This document shows, piece by piece, positions 46,996-58,100 of a stretch of DNA of 64,000 bases. The notes under the pieces were generated by a model, which saw only the letters and a list, made by a program, of their open reading frames with translations, was not told the DNA's origin and did no database searches. Made by a program: the position numbers and the translations under genes. Each line of letters opens with the position of its first letter. Within the stretch, counting starts at the first letter, position 1. The DNA is from a virus (lineage: Duplodnaviria > Heunggongvirae > Uroviricota > Caudoviricetes). The stretch is from the IMG/VR virus record IMGVR_UViG_3300023371_000080; one strand, 5' to 3'.

Positions 46996-47541
46996 ATGGC
47001 TACAAAAAAATCAACAGTTGAAACCGAAGAAATCATCGATACCGAGGCGGTCGAGGAAGTTAAGCCCGCTCCAAAAAAGGTCAACAAGCCAAAACACGAC
47101 CCCAATGAACTTATTCTTTGTAGAAGTGTTCGTTTTGGTGAGCTTAGACTTATTGGTCCAAAGACTCGTATGCCTTATAGCTGGGCAAACGAAGGAGATG
47201 TGCGAGAGGTTGAATATCAAGACCTTGTATCTTGGAGAGCACTTCATTCTAGATATCTTTTCGAGCCAATGATTATCATTGAGGACGAGGATATTGTTGA
47301 GGAGTGGAAGGCGGATCTTGGGGAACTCTATGATGAACTTCAGGACATTGATATTAAAGCAATGTTTAAGCTTCCTCATAGACAGTTTGTCGCACAGCTT
47401 AAGAAACTTCCTGCTGGTATGAAGACTACAGTCCAGAATATGGCTTATTCTATGATTCAGGATAGAACTCTTTATGACCTTAGAATTATCGACGCTATTG
47501 ATGAGATTCTTGGTACAGAACTGAAGATGATGATCAACTAA
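46996..47541 (+). CDS. Hypothetical virion-module protein
   Basis: 181 aa after capsid. Confidence 0.7.
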   Translation: MATKKSTVETEEIIDTEAVEEVKPAPKKVNKPKHDPNELILCRSVRFGELRLIGPKTRMPYSWANEGDVREVEYQDLVSWRALHSRYLFEPMIIIEDEDIVEEWKADLGELYDELQDIDIKAMFKLPHRQFVAQLKKLPAGMKTTVQNMAYSMIQDRTLYDLRIIDAIDEILGTELKMMIN

Positions 47542-47559
47542 TATAGGGAGGTGTCTTAG

Positions 47560-47982
47560 ATGACTTCCTATGAAGTACTTTATAACCGTGCGTTAGCACA
47601 AATCACAGATCCTCTTTTAGCGCAACTGCCTGAAGAGGATTTAGAAAACATGCTCCACGATTGGTTACTTGATGCTATTGTCGAACCTGTTGTTGGTGAG
47701 TACGACTTCTCCGACAGAGATGATGAATTGAGGCAATTCAATTTTGACATTTCAGAAAGAGACCAGAAGATACTCTCGATACATATGGTTCGTGCTTGGC
47801 TCGCCCCTCAGCTCCGTTCGGTTACATTAACTCAGCAGGTGTTTAGTGGTAAAGAGACTAAGTATTTTAGTCAGAGTCAACATATCACAGAAATGCGTGC
47901 GCTCGATGAACAGCTTCGCAAGGATGCAGACTTGTTATTTTGTCGTGGAACATATTTAAAGAATGATTATTTCAATGATTGA
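47560..47982 (+). CDS. Putative head-tail adaptor
   Basis: 140 aa; position. Confidence 0.55.
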   Translation: MTSYEVLYNRALAQITDPLLAQLPEEDLENMLHDWLLDAIVEPVVGEYDFSDRDDELRQFNFDISERDQKILSIHMVRAWLAPQLRSVTLTQQVFSGKETKYFSQSQHITEMRALDEQLRKDADLLFCRGTYLKNDYFND

Positions 47983-47993
47983 GGTACATAGTG

Positions 47994-48296
47994 ATGAGAA
48001 ATATATATGAAAATGTACCGTCGAATCAAATTGAAAAACAAAAGCGTTACTTTTATGGCGCTATAATTAATTGTTTGTATCTCTGGGAGGATAACAGTCC
48101 TTTTGTAGATGCAACAATTCAAACTTTGATAAATCAAATTGGTGGGTCAAATCACTTGTTTGGTTTTCAGCCCGAAGTGCTTACAATTGTAAGCAATTTG
48201 GAGACGGCTCGAAGAGAGCCTTCACAATTCCGTAAATGCATCCTAGATGCCGCCAATTTGGTAGATAAACTGAATGGTGGTGATTCCAATGTTTGA
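47994..48296 (+). CDS. Hypothetical protein
   Basis: GAGG RBS; operon packing. Confidence 0.65.
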   Translation: MRNIYENVPSNQIEKQKRYFYGAIINCLYLWEDNSPFVDATIQTLINQIGGSNHLFGFQPEVLTIVSNLETARREPSQFRKCILDAANLVDKLNGGDSNV

Positions 48297-49359
48297 CCAT
48301 TACAAAAGCCGTATGGCTCACAGAGGCTCTAATATGAGTGAAATGCTTCGTGCGCAGTCCAATATGGTTATTGAGCAAACTTGGGATCGAGATCCAAATT
48401 ACCGTCAAGTTTATGTTGTTAAAGTTGAGCATGGGTTGCCTATGGTGACCTATGAGCATGAATTAATTGATGCAAAGTTTAATGTTGAGTCGTATCAAAG
48501 ACTTACATCTGACGAGCCCGCTTATCACCTTCAGTTTAGACACGGTGCCGAAAAACTCAATCCCGATATTGCTATCGGTTCTTATGTATATATGGCCGAT
48601 GAGGATAATGAGTGGAAGTGGTGGCTAATCGTTGCTTTAGATGAGCGTCCGCAGTTTAGACAGTACCACATATTGGAAACAAACTGGACTTTAAAGTGGA
48701 TTGTTGACAATAAGATTTATAGCTGTCTTGCGGTGCAGAGATATCAAAATAGTTATAGTACTGGACTGCAGTCTGGTATCAGAATTACTGGTGTTGATGA
48801 TATGACGGCTATTTGGGTGCCGACAAATTCAGAGACGCAAACCATTGGATATAATCAGAGATTTTTAATTTCAGATGTTGGTAGAATTCCTGCCCTTTGT
48901 TATGAAGTGTCTAAAATTTCTGACACATCTCCTGTGGGATTAATTAAGTTTAGTCTTGCACAGACAGCATTTAATGAAAGCACTGATAACACCGACTTGA
49001 TGATTGCTGACTATTGGTCAGACGCCATAGAGCCTATCGAGTCAGATATTGAGGCAGAGCTTACGAGAGAAGCTAAGATTTCCTATACAGGACAAACTAC
49101 TACCATTAAGGTAGGAGGAAGTTTTAAAACCTTTACACCCTCGTTTACTGCTTCGGATACAAAGGTGAAGAAATGGCTTGTTAGTGACGAGGTGGGCGAT
49201 ATTAGTAGAGATGGCGAGAATTACACTATAGAATATAGCGGCGAGCAACTTAAATTGAAAGTGGCACGCAATTATTATTTGATTGGAAAAATTTTAACCA
49301 TACAAGTGGTTGGCACGGACGATAGTACGGCAGAAATAAAGATTGAGGTGATTGGCTAA
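48289..49359 (+). CDS. Putative head-closure/neck protein
   Basis: 356 aa; position in head-tail joining module. Confidence 0.55.
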   Translation: MFDHYKSRMAHRGSNMSEMLRAQSNMVIEQTWDRDPNYRQVYVVKVEHGLPMVTYEHELIDAKFNVESYQRLTSDEPAYHLQFRHGAEKLNPDIAIGSYVYMADEDNEWKWWLIVALDERPQFRQYHILETNWTLKWIVDNKIYSCLAVQRYQNSYSTGLQSGIRITGVDDMTAIWVPTNSETQTIGYNQRFLISDVGRIPALCYEVSKISDTSPVGLIKFSLAQTAFNESTDNTDLMIADYWSDAIEPIESDIEAELTREAKISYTGQTTTIKVGGSFKTFTPSFTASDTKVKKWLVSDEVGDISRDGENYTIEYSGEQLKLKVARNYYLIGKILTIQVVGTDDSTAEIKIEVIG

Positions 49360-49892
49360 TGAAACGAGATATTCAGCACATTGATGATGATATAATCCGT
49401 AAAAAGCGTCGTATCGAAGAAATTCTTTATTCTGACGAGGATATTATCGAGGTATTAGATAACAAGTCTTTGGATCCGACTGTTCCCGAGGATTATGTCG
49501 GTGAGAATATATTTGGGTTTTTACGTGTTCCTGGAGTTCAGGATACTTCCAAAAACTTTATAACTTTTACTATAGATGATATGGGATTGATGCCAGGGAA
49601 TCAGGTAATGAAATCTCAATATATTCAGTTTGTTGTCTTTGTACATAAAGATATGGTGAAGACTGACTACGGTATGGAACGTCACGATTTACTCGGATAT
49701 TTGATTCGGGACATCTTTAATTTATCTAACAAACTTGGCCCACAAATGGAGCTCGTATCCAATCGCGAGGGCATCACAGACAGAGATTTTTATACCAGAA
49801 CACTAAAATTTGAGCTTATTGATGATAATTCAACAAAGTCTTGTAGAACAAACCCTTATGAATATGACAGAATTGTTGGTCATAGGAGGTAA
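49359..49892 (+). CDS. Putative tail completion/terminator protein
   Basis: 177 aa; position. Confidence 0.5.
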   Translation: MKRDIQHIDDDIIRKKRRIEEILYSDEDIIEVLDNKSLDPTVPEDYVGENIFGFLRVPGVQDTSKNFITFTIDDMGLMPGNQVMKSQYIQFVVFVHKDMVKTDYGMERHDLLGYLIRDIFNLSNKLGPQMELVSNREGITDRDFYTRTLKFELIDDNSTKSCRTNPYEYDRIVGHRR

Positions 49893-49895
49893 GTT

Positions 49896-50675
49896 ATGGA
49901 TATTATCCAAGTAGACGAACTTCGCTTATATTTTGGTGATGATATAAAAATTGCAGATGGGGTAGTTTTGAGGTCTCCTACTATTGGACAAATAGTTGAG
50001 TATGGGGAGAGTTCGTATTTTTCCGTGCTACAGACTTTATGCGCAACGCCTAGTTCTATGAAGGTTCAACTTGATGATATGAAGTTGGACTGGATGAAAG
50101 TTACAGATTGGCAATTGTTTACTATGCTTTGTTCTTCTTTTCGACCAGAACAAACATCGCTGGTCCTTGGTGATTTAGACCTTTCTAAACTCAAACCATA
50201 TTCTATGGGAGAGACTGAAGAAGTTGTGCTTTCTAATGAAGATCACACGGTTGTTATTAATGAAATTATATATAATGTGTTGATTACATACTTGAGAAAG
50301 ATGCATGGGTTTAAGAAACAGGTAGACAAAGCAGGAAACAAAATGACACATAAGGTGTTGTTGAATCTTGCTAGGCAGGATGCAAAAATGGCCCAAAACA
50401 AACCATACAAATCTTTCTTGTTACCCTTGGTGTCTTCTTTACAAGGCAGACAAGGATATGAGAAAGAGTATATTCGTAATATGGGCGTTTACGAATTTTT
50501 TAATCAAATAAATCGCGCACAAATCATTTGTCAAGCAGATGCTGCCCTTGGAGGTATGTATTCTGGCTTTGTGGATACAAAGAAGATGGACAAAACTGTC
50601 TTAGATTGGATGCGTGATATTACAGATGAATCGCCCAAAAATAATAAATCAATTCTTAAAGAAGGGGCTAACTAA
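49896..50675 (+). CDS. Hypothetical tail-module protein
   Basis: 259 aa ORF. Confidence 0.7.
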   Translation: MDIIQVDELRLYFGDDIKIADGVVLRSPTIGQIVEYGESSYFSVLQTLCATPSSMKVQLDDMKLDWMKVTDWQLFTMLCSSFRPEQTSLVLGDLDLSKLKPYSMGETEEVVLSNEDHTVVINEIIYNVLITYLRKMHGFKKQVDKAGNKMTHKVLLNLARQDAKMAQNKPYKSFLLPLVSSLQGRQGYEKEYIRNMGVYEFFNQINRAQIICQADAALGGMYSGFVDTKKMDKTVLDWMRDITDESPKNNKSILKEGAN

Positions 50676-50723
50676 CCTCTTCTTTTTATATTAAAAAAAT
50701 TTATTTAATGGAGGAAATATATC

Positions 50724-51497
50724 ATGGCTCAGTATGCACTCGATAGAGTTATTAGCGTTGCTGGTACTTACGCAGCAACCAATTCCAAGAAGGGTATTAC
50801 TGAAGGCGGCCTCGCATTCCTTTGCGACCAGGTCGTAGACCCTTCTCTTTCTTTTACCTCTGAAACAGAGGATATCGTAGACGCAAGAAATAATGTAGTA
50901 ATGCAGCTTCAGGGCGCTCGTGGAGCAACCCTTGGCGCTTCCAACGCTTTCTTCAACACTCAGATCCTTGCAAACCAGACTGGCGGCAAGGTAGAGGCAA
51001 TCACCGCAGAGACCTTCGACAAGTACGACATCTGCACTCTTGATGCAGAGAAGAAGGCAACCCTTACCGTTACACCTTCGGCTGATAGCGAGTATAAGGT
51101 GTTCGCTCTTCGTACTGACAATAGCATCACTACTGCAGAGCCCACCGTTGGTACTTACGCTGACGGTAAGGTAACTGTAGAAAACGGTGTTGAGGGCGAC
51201 AGAGTTCTCGTTGCTTATACCGCAGAGGTTAAGACTGGTGAGAAGATCGTTGCTCTTGCAGATGCTCAGAACGAACTTATGAACGTAACTGCAGAAGTTC
51301 TTCTTCGTGAACTTTGCGCAGAGGAGCTTTATTATGCTTACATCATCATGAGAGGTAAGCTCTCTGGTGAGGCTGAGTGGTCTATGACCAGAGATGGTAA
51401 CCACGCTTTCGAAATTACTGCATTCCCCTCTTATTGCGATGCAGAGAGAAAGCTTGTTGAAGTTATTATCGTTAGAGGCGAGGATCTCCTTGCTTAA
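50724..51497 (+). CDS. Putative major tail (tube) protein
   Basis: 257 aa; strong codon bias; followed by a hairpin. Confidence 0.65.
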   Translation: MAQYALDRVISVAGTYAATNSKKGITEGGLAFLCDQVVDPSLSFTSETEDIVDARNNVVMQLQGARGATLGASNAFFNTQILANQTGGKVEAITAETFDKYDICTLDAEKKATLTVTPSADSEYKVFALRTDNSITTAEPTVGTYADGKVTVENGVEGDRVLVAYTAEVKTGEKIVALADAQNELMNVTAEVLLRELCAEELYYAYIIMRGKLSGEAEWSMTRDGNHAFEITAFPSYCDAERKLVEVIIVRGEDLLA

Positions 51498-51511
51498 TTT
51501 ATAATGTTTAT

Positions 51512-51537
51512 GCTAAGGCGGCTAACACCGCCTTAGC
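51512..51537 (+). terminator. Stem-loop after tail protein gene
   Basis: GCTAAGGCGG-CTAACA-CCGCCTTAGC; weak U-tract. Confidence 0.6.
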
Positions 51538-51560
51538 GCATTATTAAGGAGGTATGACAT

Positions 51561-51926
51561 ATGAATAGAAAGATATGTCGCCAATGCGGAAAAGTGTTTA
51601 ATTATTGCAGAAGTTGCTCATTTAAACCCATTCCGTGGAAAGAGGCTGGATTCTGCAGTCGTGAATGTTCTGCAGAACACAAAGAACCAAAAATAAAAGA
51701 AGTTATCCCCACAGAGGATGTAGAAGTAGTTGTAATTGAGGAGGATACATCTACGCCAACAGAAAATGCGATAGAGTGTCCTCATTTTTTTACCGAGGTC
51801 GAAGAGTCTGAAATTACATCTACTGAAGAATTTAAGCCTAAAAAGAAAAGGATTAAAACCATAGAAGTGGGACAAAAGGAGAACAATATAGATGAAAATG
51901 AGCAAAATAACGGGTCAGTCATATGA
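51561..51926 (+). CDS. Hypothetical protein with N-terminal Zn finger
   Basis: CRQCG...CRSC...CSREC. Confidence 0.7.
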   Translation: MNRKICRQCGKVFNYCRSCSFKPIPWKEAGFCSRECSAEHKEPKIKEVIPTEDVEVVVIEEDTSTPTENAIECPHFFTEVEESEITSTEEFKPKKKRIKTIEVGQKENNIDENEQNNGSVI

Positions 51927-52119
51927 CCCAACAAGAGTTGTCTATATTACTAACCCAAAACAACATTTTGCATATGCAAGATATTTGGGTGGTTGGCAAT
52001 ATTTTGTAGATATGAGTGCTTCGTCTGATAAAAATGATGGTATGGGCGTGTTTATATGGCAAAAATGCCCAGAGACAAGAGAAGCAAAACAAAAGTGGGA
52101 TAACCACGAATTAGAATAA
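51898..52119 (+). CDS. Hypothetical protein
   Basis: SKITG..YDP motif; RBS. Confidence 0.65.
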   Translation: MSKITGQSYDPTRVVYITNPKQHFAYARYLGGWQYFVDMSASSDKNDGMGVFIWQKCPETREAKQKWDNHELE

Positions 52120-52154
52120 ATAAAATTTCAAAGAAAGGAGGGTGTGAATGTACA

Positions 52155-55100
52155 ATGGCACTTTCATTTGAAGAATCTAAAAAACAACTACTTGCCCAGC
52201 AGGCGGCCGAGGCACCAGCTATGTTTATGATGAGAAGAGCGGCTCCTGCCTCGGATTTTTGGATCCCCCATAATGGGTATAGGTGGTTCGAAGATTATTA
52301 TGATGATAAGATTTCTACGGTTGATGACAATAAAAATATTTTCGTACATGACTCGCAGGTAAATATTTCCCAGGAAGTTAACAGCCAATTTGTTCCTTTT
52401 GAAATGATGAGACGCTATGACAATATAGATTTGGTTAATATGGCGCTCTCGATACATTTTACAACCAGCGACGGTTATCACGGTGCGTCGAACCCTGTGA
52501 ACGTGGAATATAATGACGAGAAGATTAGATTTGCGTGGCTTGTTGATGAAAAGGTAACTCATGTAGCAGGCAATATTAAATTTGAAATTCACGCCGATGG
52601 TGCAATTACAGATACCAAAGGTAATTCATACGGATATCGCTGGAAGTCTCAATCTACCGACAAGTTTAATATCGTAAAGTCCTTGTGCGAAGACCCTAAT
52701 TGCGAACCCGTAGCTGTTAGCGACGATTGGGTTGTAGAGATAGTTGAGTCTGTCACGGCCTCTGTCGCTGAAAAAATAGCGGAGGCTGAAGTTGGAGCAG
52801 AAGTTGCAAAAGCCGAGGCCGCAGCCGCAAAAGCTGAAACTGCTGCGAGCAACGCTGAATCTGCAGCGGAAACAGTTGTAAATAATGCATTGGTTGGTTA
52901 TAGTACGACTACGGAAATGCAGGAGCAGATTGCGCAAGCAATTGAGAATGCTGATATTGACAATAAGCTTACGGCGTATGCAAAGACGGAAACTGTTAAT
53001 GCATTAATCGGAGATATTGGCGAAAGCGAGTCTGTTGTTAGTTATGTTGATAATGCCGTTAAGGGCGTAGATGTCACAGAACAGCTAGCTAATTATGCGT
53101 TGAAGGATGAAGTTCCAACTAAACTTAGTGAGCTTGAGAATGATGCAGAGTATGTAACTACTAGCGAAATGCAGGAGGCAATTGACAGCGTTGATGTGTC
53201 TGAGCAGTTGGTTGACTATGCTAAAGCTAAGGACGTTGATGATAAGATTTCTGTTGTTCAAACACAAGTTGATACAAACAAGGGCGATATTTCGGCACTT
53301 TCTGGTAAGGTTTCGACCAACGAAACTAATATTGGAGACTTAACTTCCAACGCAACAACATTAAGTACGAAAATTACCGACTTGGAAGCCGCAGTTAAAG
53401 AGATGGCGGATCAAGCTGGTTATGAATATTATGCAACTTATGGAAAGACCACACTTGAAGCGACTGGCGAGGAGGCTGAAAACGTCTTTACTTTATATGA
53501 AGTGGACGGCAGTTCAGAGTCTGTAAAGAGCCAGTTTGTTATTACGGGTGGCTCTGGGGGCGGAAATGTAGCGGCAACTACTCTTACCGTAACGCGCGTC
53601 ACATCTTCGCCTTTAACTATTACTACGAGCGATAAAGCTATAATTGAGTTTAATTGTACATCTTATGATGCAGACGGCGAAACCGTTGATTGCTCTTATA
53701 CTTGGAAAAAGGGCAGTTCTGTTATTATGTCTGGTTCGCTTGCACAAGGTCTTAACACCTTTGATTTGAGTGAGTATGTTACAACGGGTACACACAAGTT
53801 TACCCTTACTGTTACCGATGAAGGCGGATCTATGTCTGTTAAAACTTGGACCGTTCAGATGGTCGACGTTCACATCGAATCTTCGTTTAACGATCAAAGA
53901 ACTTATGTGGCGGGTGATACAGTTAGTTTTACATATACACCCTATGGCGCAATACCAAAGACTGTACATTTTAAGCTCAATGGTGTTGAACTTGAGTCCG
54001 TAAATACTACCGCTTCTGGCTTATTGCAATCTTATACATTGCCTGCGCAGACTCACGGCGCACATTTGCTTGAAGTTTGGATGACGGCAACTGTAAATAG
54101 TGTGGAAATTGAAACACCTCATATTTATAAGGACATCATTTGGTATGATTCTGAGTCGGACATTCCTGTTATTGGATGTATTTATCGATATGATTATTAC
54201 GGCATTGTGGCGGCCCGTCAGTATAATGCAACGGAGATTACTTATGTTGTATATGACCCGTCTGCTGAAAACCCAACAGTAATTCGTTATGTTGATGGAG
54301 TATCTATTGGCGAACAGACCCTTGAGGGTGCTACCGATACTTGGTCCTATAAGTCTTCTGAAGTTGGCGAAAAAATACTTACCATTGAGTGTGGCGTAAC
54401 TTCTGTGGAAATCAAACTTGATGTTGCGGAGCTTGGTATTAATATTGAGCCTGTTATAGCAGGTTTGGCATTTGACTTTAATCCGACTGGCTATTCCAAT
54501 AATGACACCGATAGAATTTGGTCTGATGCAAAAACGGGCATAAAGATGTCTGTGTCTGATAATTTTGACTGGACTAACGGTGGATATCAGAGAGATGAGA
54601 ATGGTGACACATATTTCTGTGTAAAGGCTGGCACAACGGCTACTATTAACTACAATCTCTTTGGATCTGATTATGACCCCAAGGCAACAGGCAAAGAGTT
54701 TAAGTTTGTATTTAAAACCACAAATGTTAAAAAGCGTAGTAGCACTTTCTTGTCTTGTATCGACGGCGAAACTCCCATTGGTCTTGATATGAAGGTTGAG
54801 AATGCGAAGATTTATGCGAGCAACAAAGAACTTTATGTTCCTTATTGCGAAGAAGATATCATCGAATTTGAGTTTAATATTAACAAAGACACCGATATTC
54901 CTATGGTTATGACATACGAAGATGGTGTTGCTAATAGACCTTTGATTTATGCAGCCGACTCGTCATTTATGCAACTTGCGGCACAACCCATTACGATTGG
55001 TAGTGCAGACTGTGACGTTCATATTTATCGTATGAAAGCATATGATACGAGCTTGACAGATAAAGAGATTTTGACAAACTTTATTGCGGATGCTCGTAAT

Positions 55101-58100
55101 GCAGATGAGATGATTGCAAGATATAATCGCAATCAGATTTATGACGAGAATAACGCATTAACACCTGAGACTTTGGCTGAAAAATGTCCAGATCTCCGTA
55201 TCATTATGATTGATGCACCTTGGTTCACCAATGATAAGGATGATAAGGTTGGCGGTACTACTATTCGTCAGATTTATAAGGGTGGAGATGCACTATTAGA
55301 TAACTGGACTTGTACTGGAGCAAAACATAGTGGACAAGGTACTAGTTCTAATAAGTACGGTTACGCAGGTCGTAACATTAGACTTATTATGAATGAAGAT
55401 GAATCTTTGTTTACATTTAATGGTACAAATGAAGACGGAACTCCTATTACTGGCAAGAAAGTTACCTTTACTAGAGGCTCGGTTCCTACTGACTATATGA
55501 ATATCAAAGTCAACATCGCTTCGTCTGAAAACCAAAATAACGCACAGTTTGCTCAGAGATACAATGAGTTCAACCCCGTTGTTAGACTTGCAAAGGTAGA
55601 TGATCCGAAGGTTAAAGACACTATGGAGTTTCATAACTGTGTAGTCTTTATTCGTGAGAATGAAGAAGACTTGACGAAACATAGAGAATTCAATGATACT
55701 TCTTGGCATTTTTATGCGATCGGTAATATCGGCGACGATAAGAAGACAGATAAAACCAGGGTTAATGACTCCAAAGACCCAAAAGAGTGTATTGTTGAAA
55801 TTACAGACTTTGATGTGCCTTTAGCAGAATTTCCAACTGGCATTGGTGGTGACTATATTGCCCCCGATGAATTTGTTGCTGGCAATACTGCGTATGATAA
55901 CCTATATTCTGAATATGCCTATGATGAAGAGGGTAAATTTAAAGCTTTTGGCGCAGAATCGTATGAATTTAGATACGAAATGAAGGGAATTACCGATGAA
56001 CAGAGACAGGCAAATATTGATGCTTGGCGTGAATTCTATACGTTTGTTATAACTTCTACCGATGAAGAATTTATTACAAATATTGAGAATTATTTCGTGC
56101 TTGACTCGGCATTATATTATTATCTGTTTACTGAAAGATATTTGATGGTCGATAACAGAGCAAAGAATAGCTTCTGGCATTATGGTAAATGTGATGATGG
56201 TATTTATAGATGGGATTTGTGCTTTGCTTATGATATGGACACCTCTCTTGGTATCGACAACACAGGTAAACTTATCCTATCATACGGTCAAGAAGATGTA
56301 GATAAAGATGCTTCAGGTGCTTACATCTATAGAGCAGCAGAAAGTAATTTCTTCTGCCGTATCAGAGATCTTTTTGCCGACAGACTCAAGGGTATGTTCC
56401 AGAGCCGCGAAAGTCTCGGCGCATGGAGCTCAACAAGTCTAATCAATCAGTGGGATAAAGCACAAAGTCAATTTCCTGAAGAACTTTGGAGACTCGATAT
56501 TCAGAGAAAATATCTTAGAACTTATCAAGGAATATCTATTGACAATAGTATCGCGGGTGCTCAGAACCCGATGTTCTTAGAGCCTATGCTGAATGGTCGA
56601 AAGAAGTATCAGCGTAGACAGTTTGAGCGCAACCAAGAATTGTATATGGCAACAAAGTATGTAAGTACTTTTGCTAAGGATGATTTTATTAGATTGAGAT
56701 TTAATAATCCAACTAATCCTGTGGTTAAGCAAGATTATACACTTTACCTAACGCCTTATACAGATATGTATATTTCGGCAGAGTTTGGTAATACTGCACC
56801 TATTGTATTTAGAGCAAAAGCTGGTGTCGAATATCCTGTTCGAAGAGAAACCGCTTCCGACACAGCAGATATTGTACTTATTTACGGCGCTTCGTTTATT
56901 CAGGCGATTGGTGACTTGTCCAAGTGCTATCTTGGAGATAATGACTTTTCGAAGGCATCTCGTTTACAGAGCTTGACGATTGGTAGCGACGTTGAAGGAT
57001 ATGAAAATACTTTCATGACTGGACTGGCTCTTGGTAACAATAAGTTACTTGAGTATCTTGATATTCGCAATATTACTGGACTAAATAGCGTTGTTGATTT
57101 GTCTAACTGTAACAACCTTATCGAACTTCGGGCCGAGGGTTCTGGAGCAACAGGTGTTATTTTTGCAAATGGTGGTAAGCTTGAAAAAGCTTATATCCCC
57201 GCAGTTACATCTCTCACAATGAAGAATCTTAATGACCTTGAGGTTCTTGATATTGCAAGTTATGAAAAACTTCAAAAACTTGTAGCTGAGAATATTCATA
57301 GAATAGATACTCATGCAATTGTTGATGCTTCCGCAAATCTGAACACGGTTAGACTTGTTGGTATTAACTGGTCTAAGAATCTTAATATTCAAAACACCAA
57401 TGTTCTTGACAGAATGTCTGATATGCGTGGCGTTGACAATGACGGATATGAAAATAACACCCCTGTTGTTACTGGTTATATTTGGGTGGCATCTGGCAAA
57501 GATAGAGAAATTAGCGAATTTAATGAGTTATGGCCCTATCTTACTATTGAAGCGGATGCTGTTACTAAGCAGTTTACGGTTACATTTGTCAATGATGATG
57601 GAACCGTATTAGATGTTCAATATGTTGATGCCGAGTCGCTGCCAGTAGATCCTGTCACCAGAGATGAGAATCCAATTAGTATACCTACAAAGGCAAGTAC
57701 TATAAGCACACAATATGAATATACAGGATGGGATTCTAACTTTATTCCTGTTTGGTCTGATCAGATAATCAAGGCCACCTATACGGAAAAGGTTAGAGAA
57801 TATACTGTTCAGTATGTTTCTAACAACAATGTGCTTCAGACTAGTGTTGCACCATATGGTACTATGGTGTCGTATAATGGAGAAATTCCAACGTATACTT
57901 CGGGAGAAAGCGCACGTAAATATTACTTGTTTGATAGTTGGGATAAGTCTGGTTATGTTGATGGCGATAAGGCTATTAATGCAATATTTGATTCGTGTCA
58001 GTACGCAGACAAGTATTTTGAAGGGAAAGAGTTATCTTCTCTTCGCCCTGTTGAAGTTTATATGATGACTAAACTTAATGCGGCTGGAATAATTTCTATG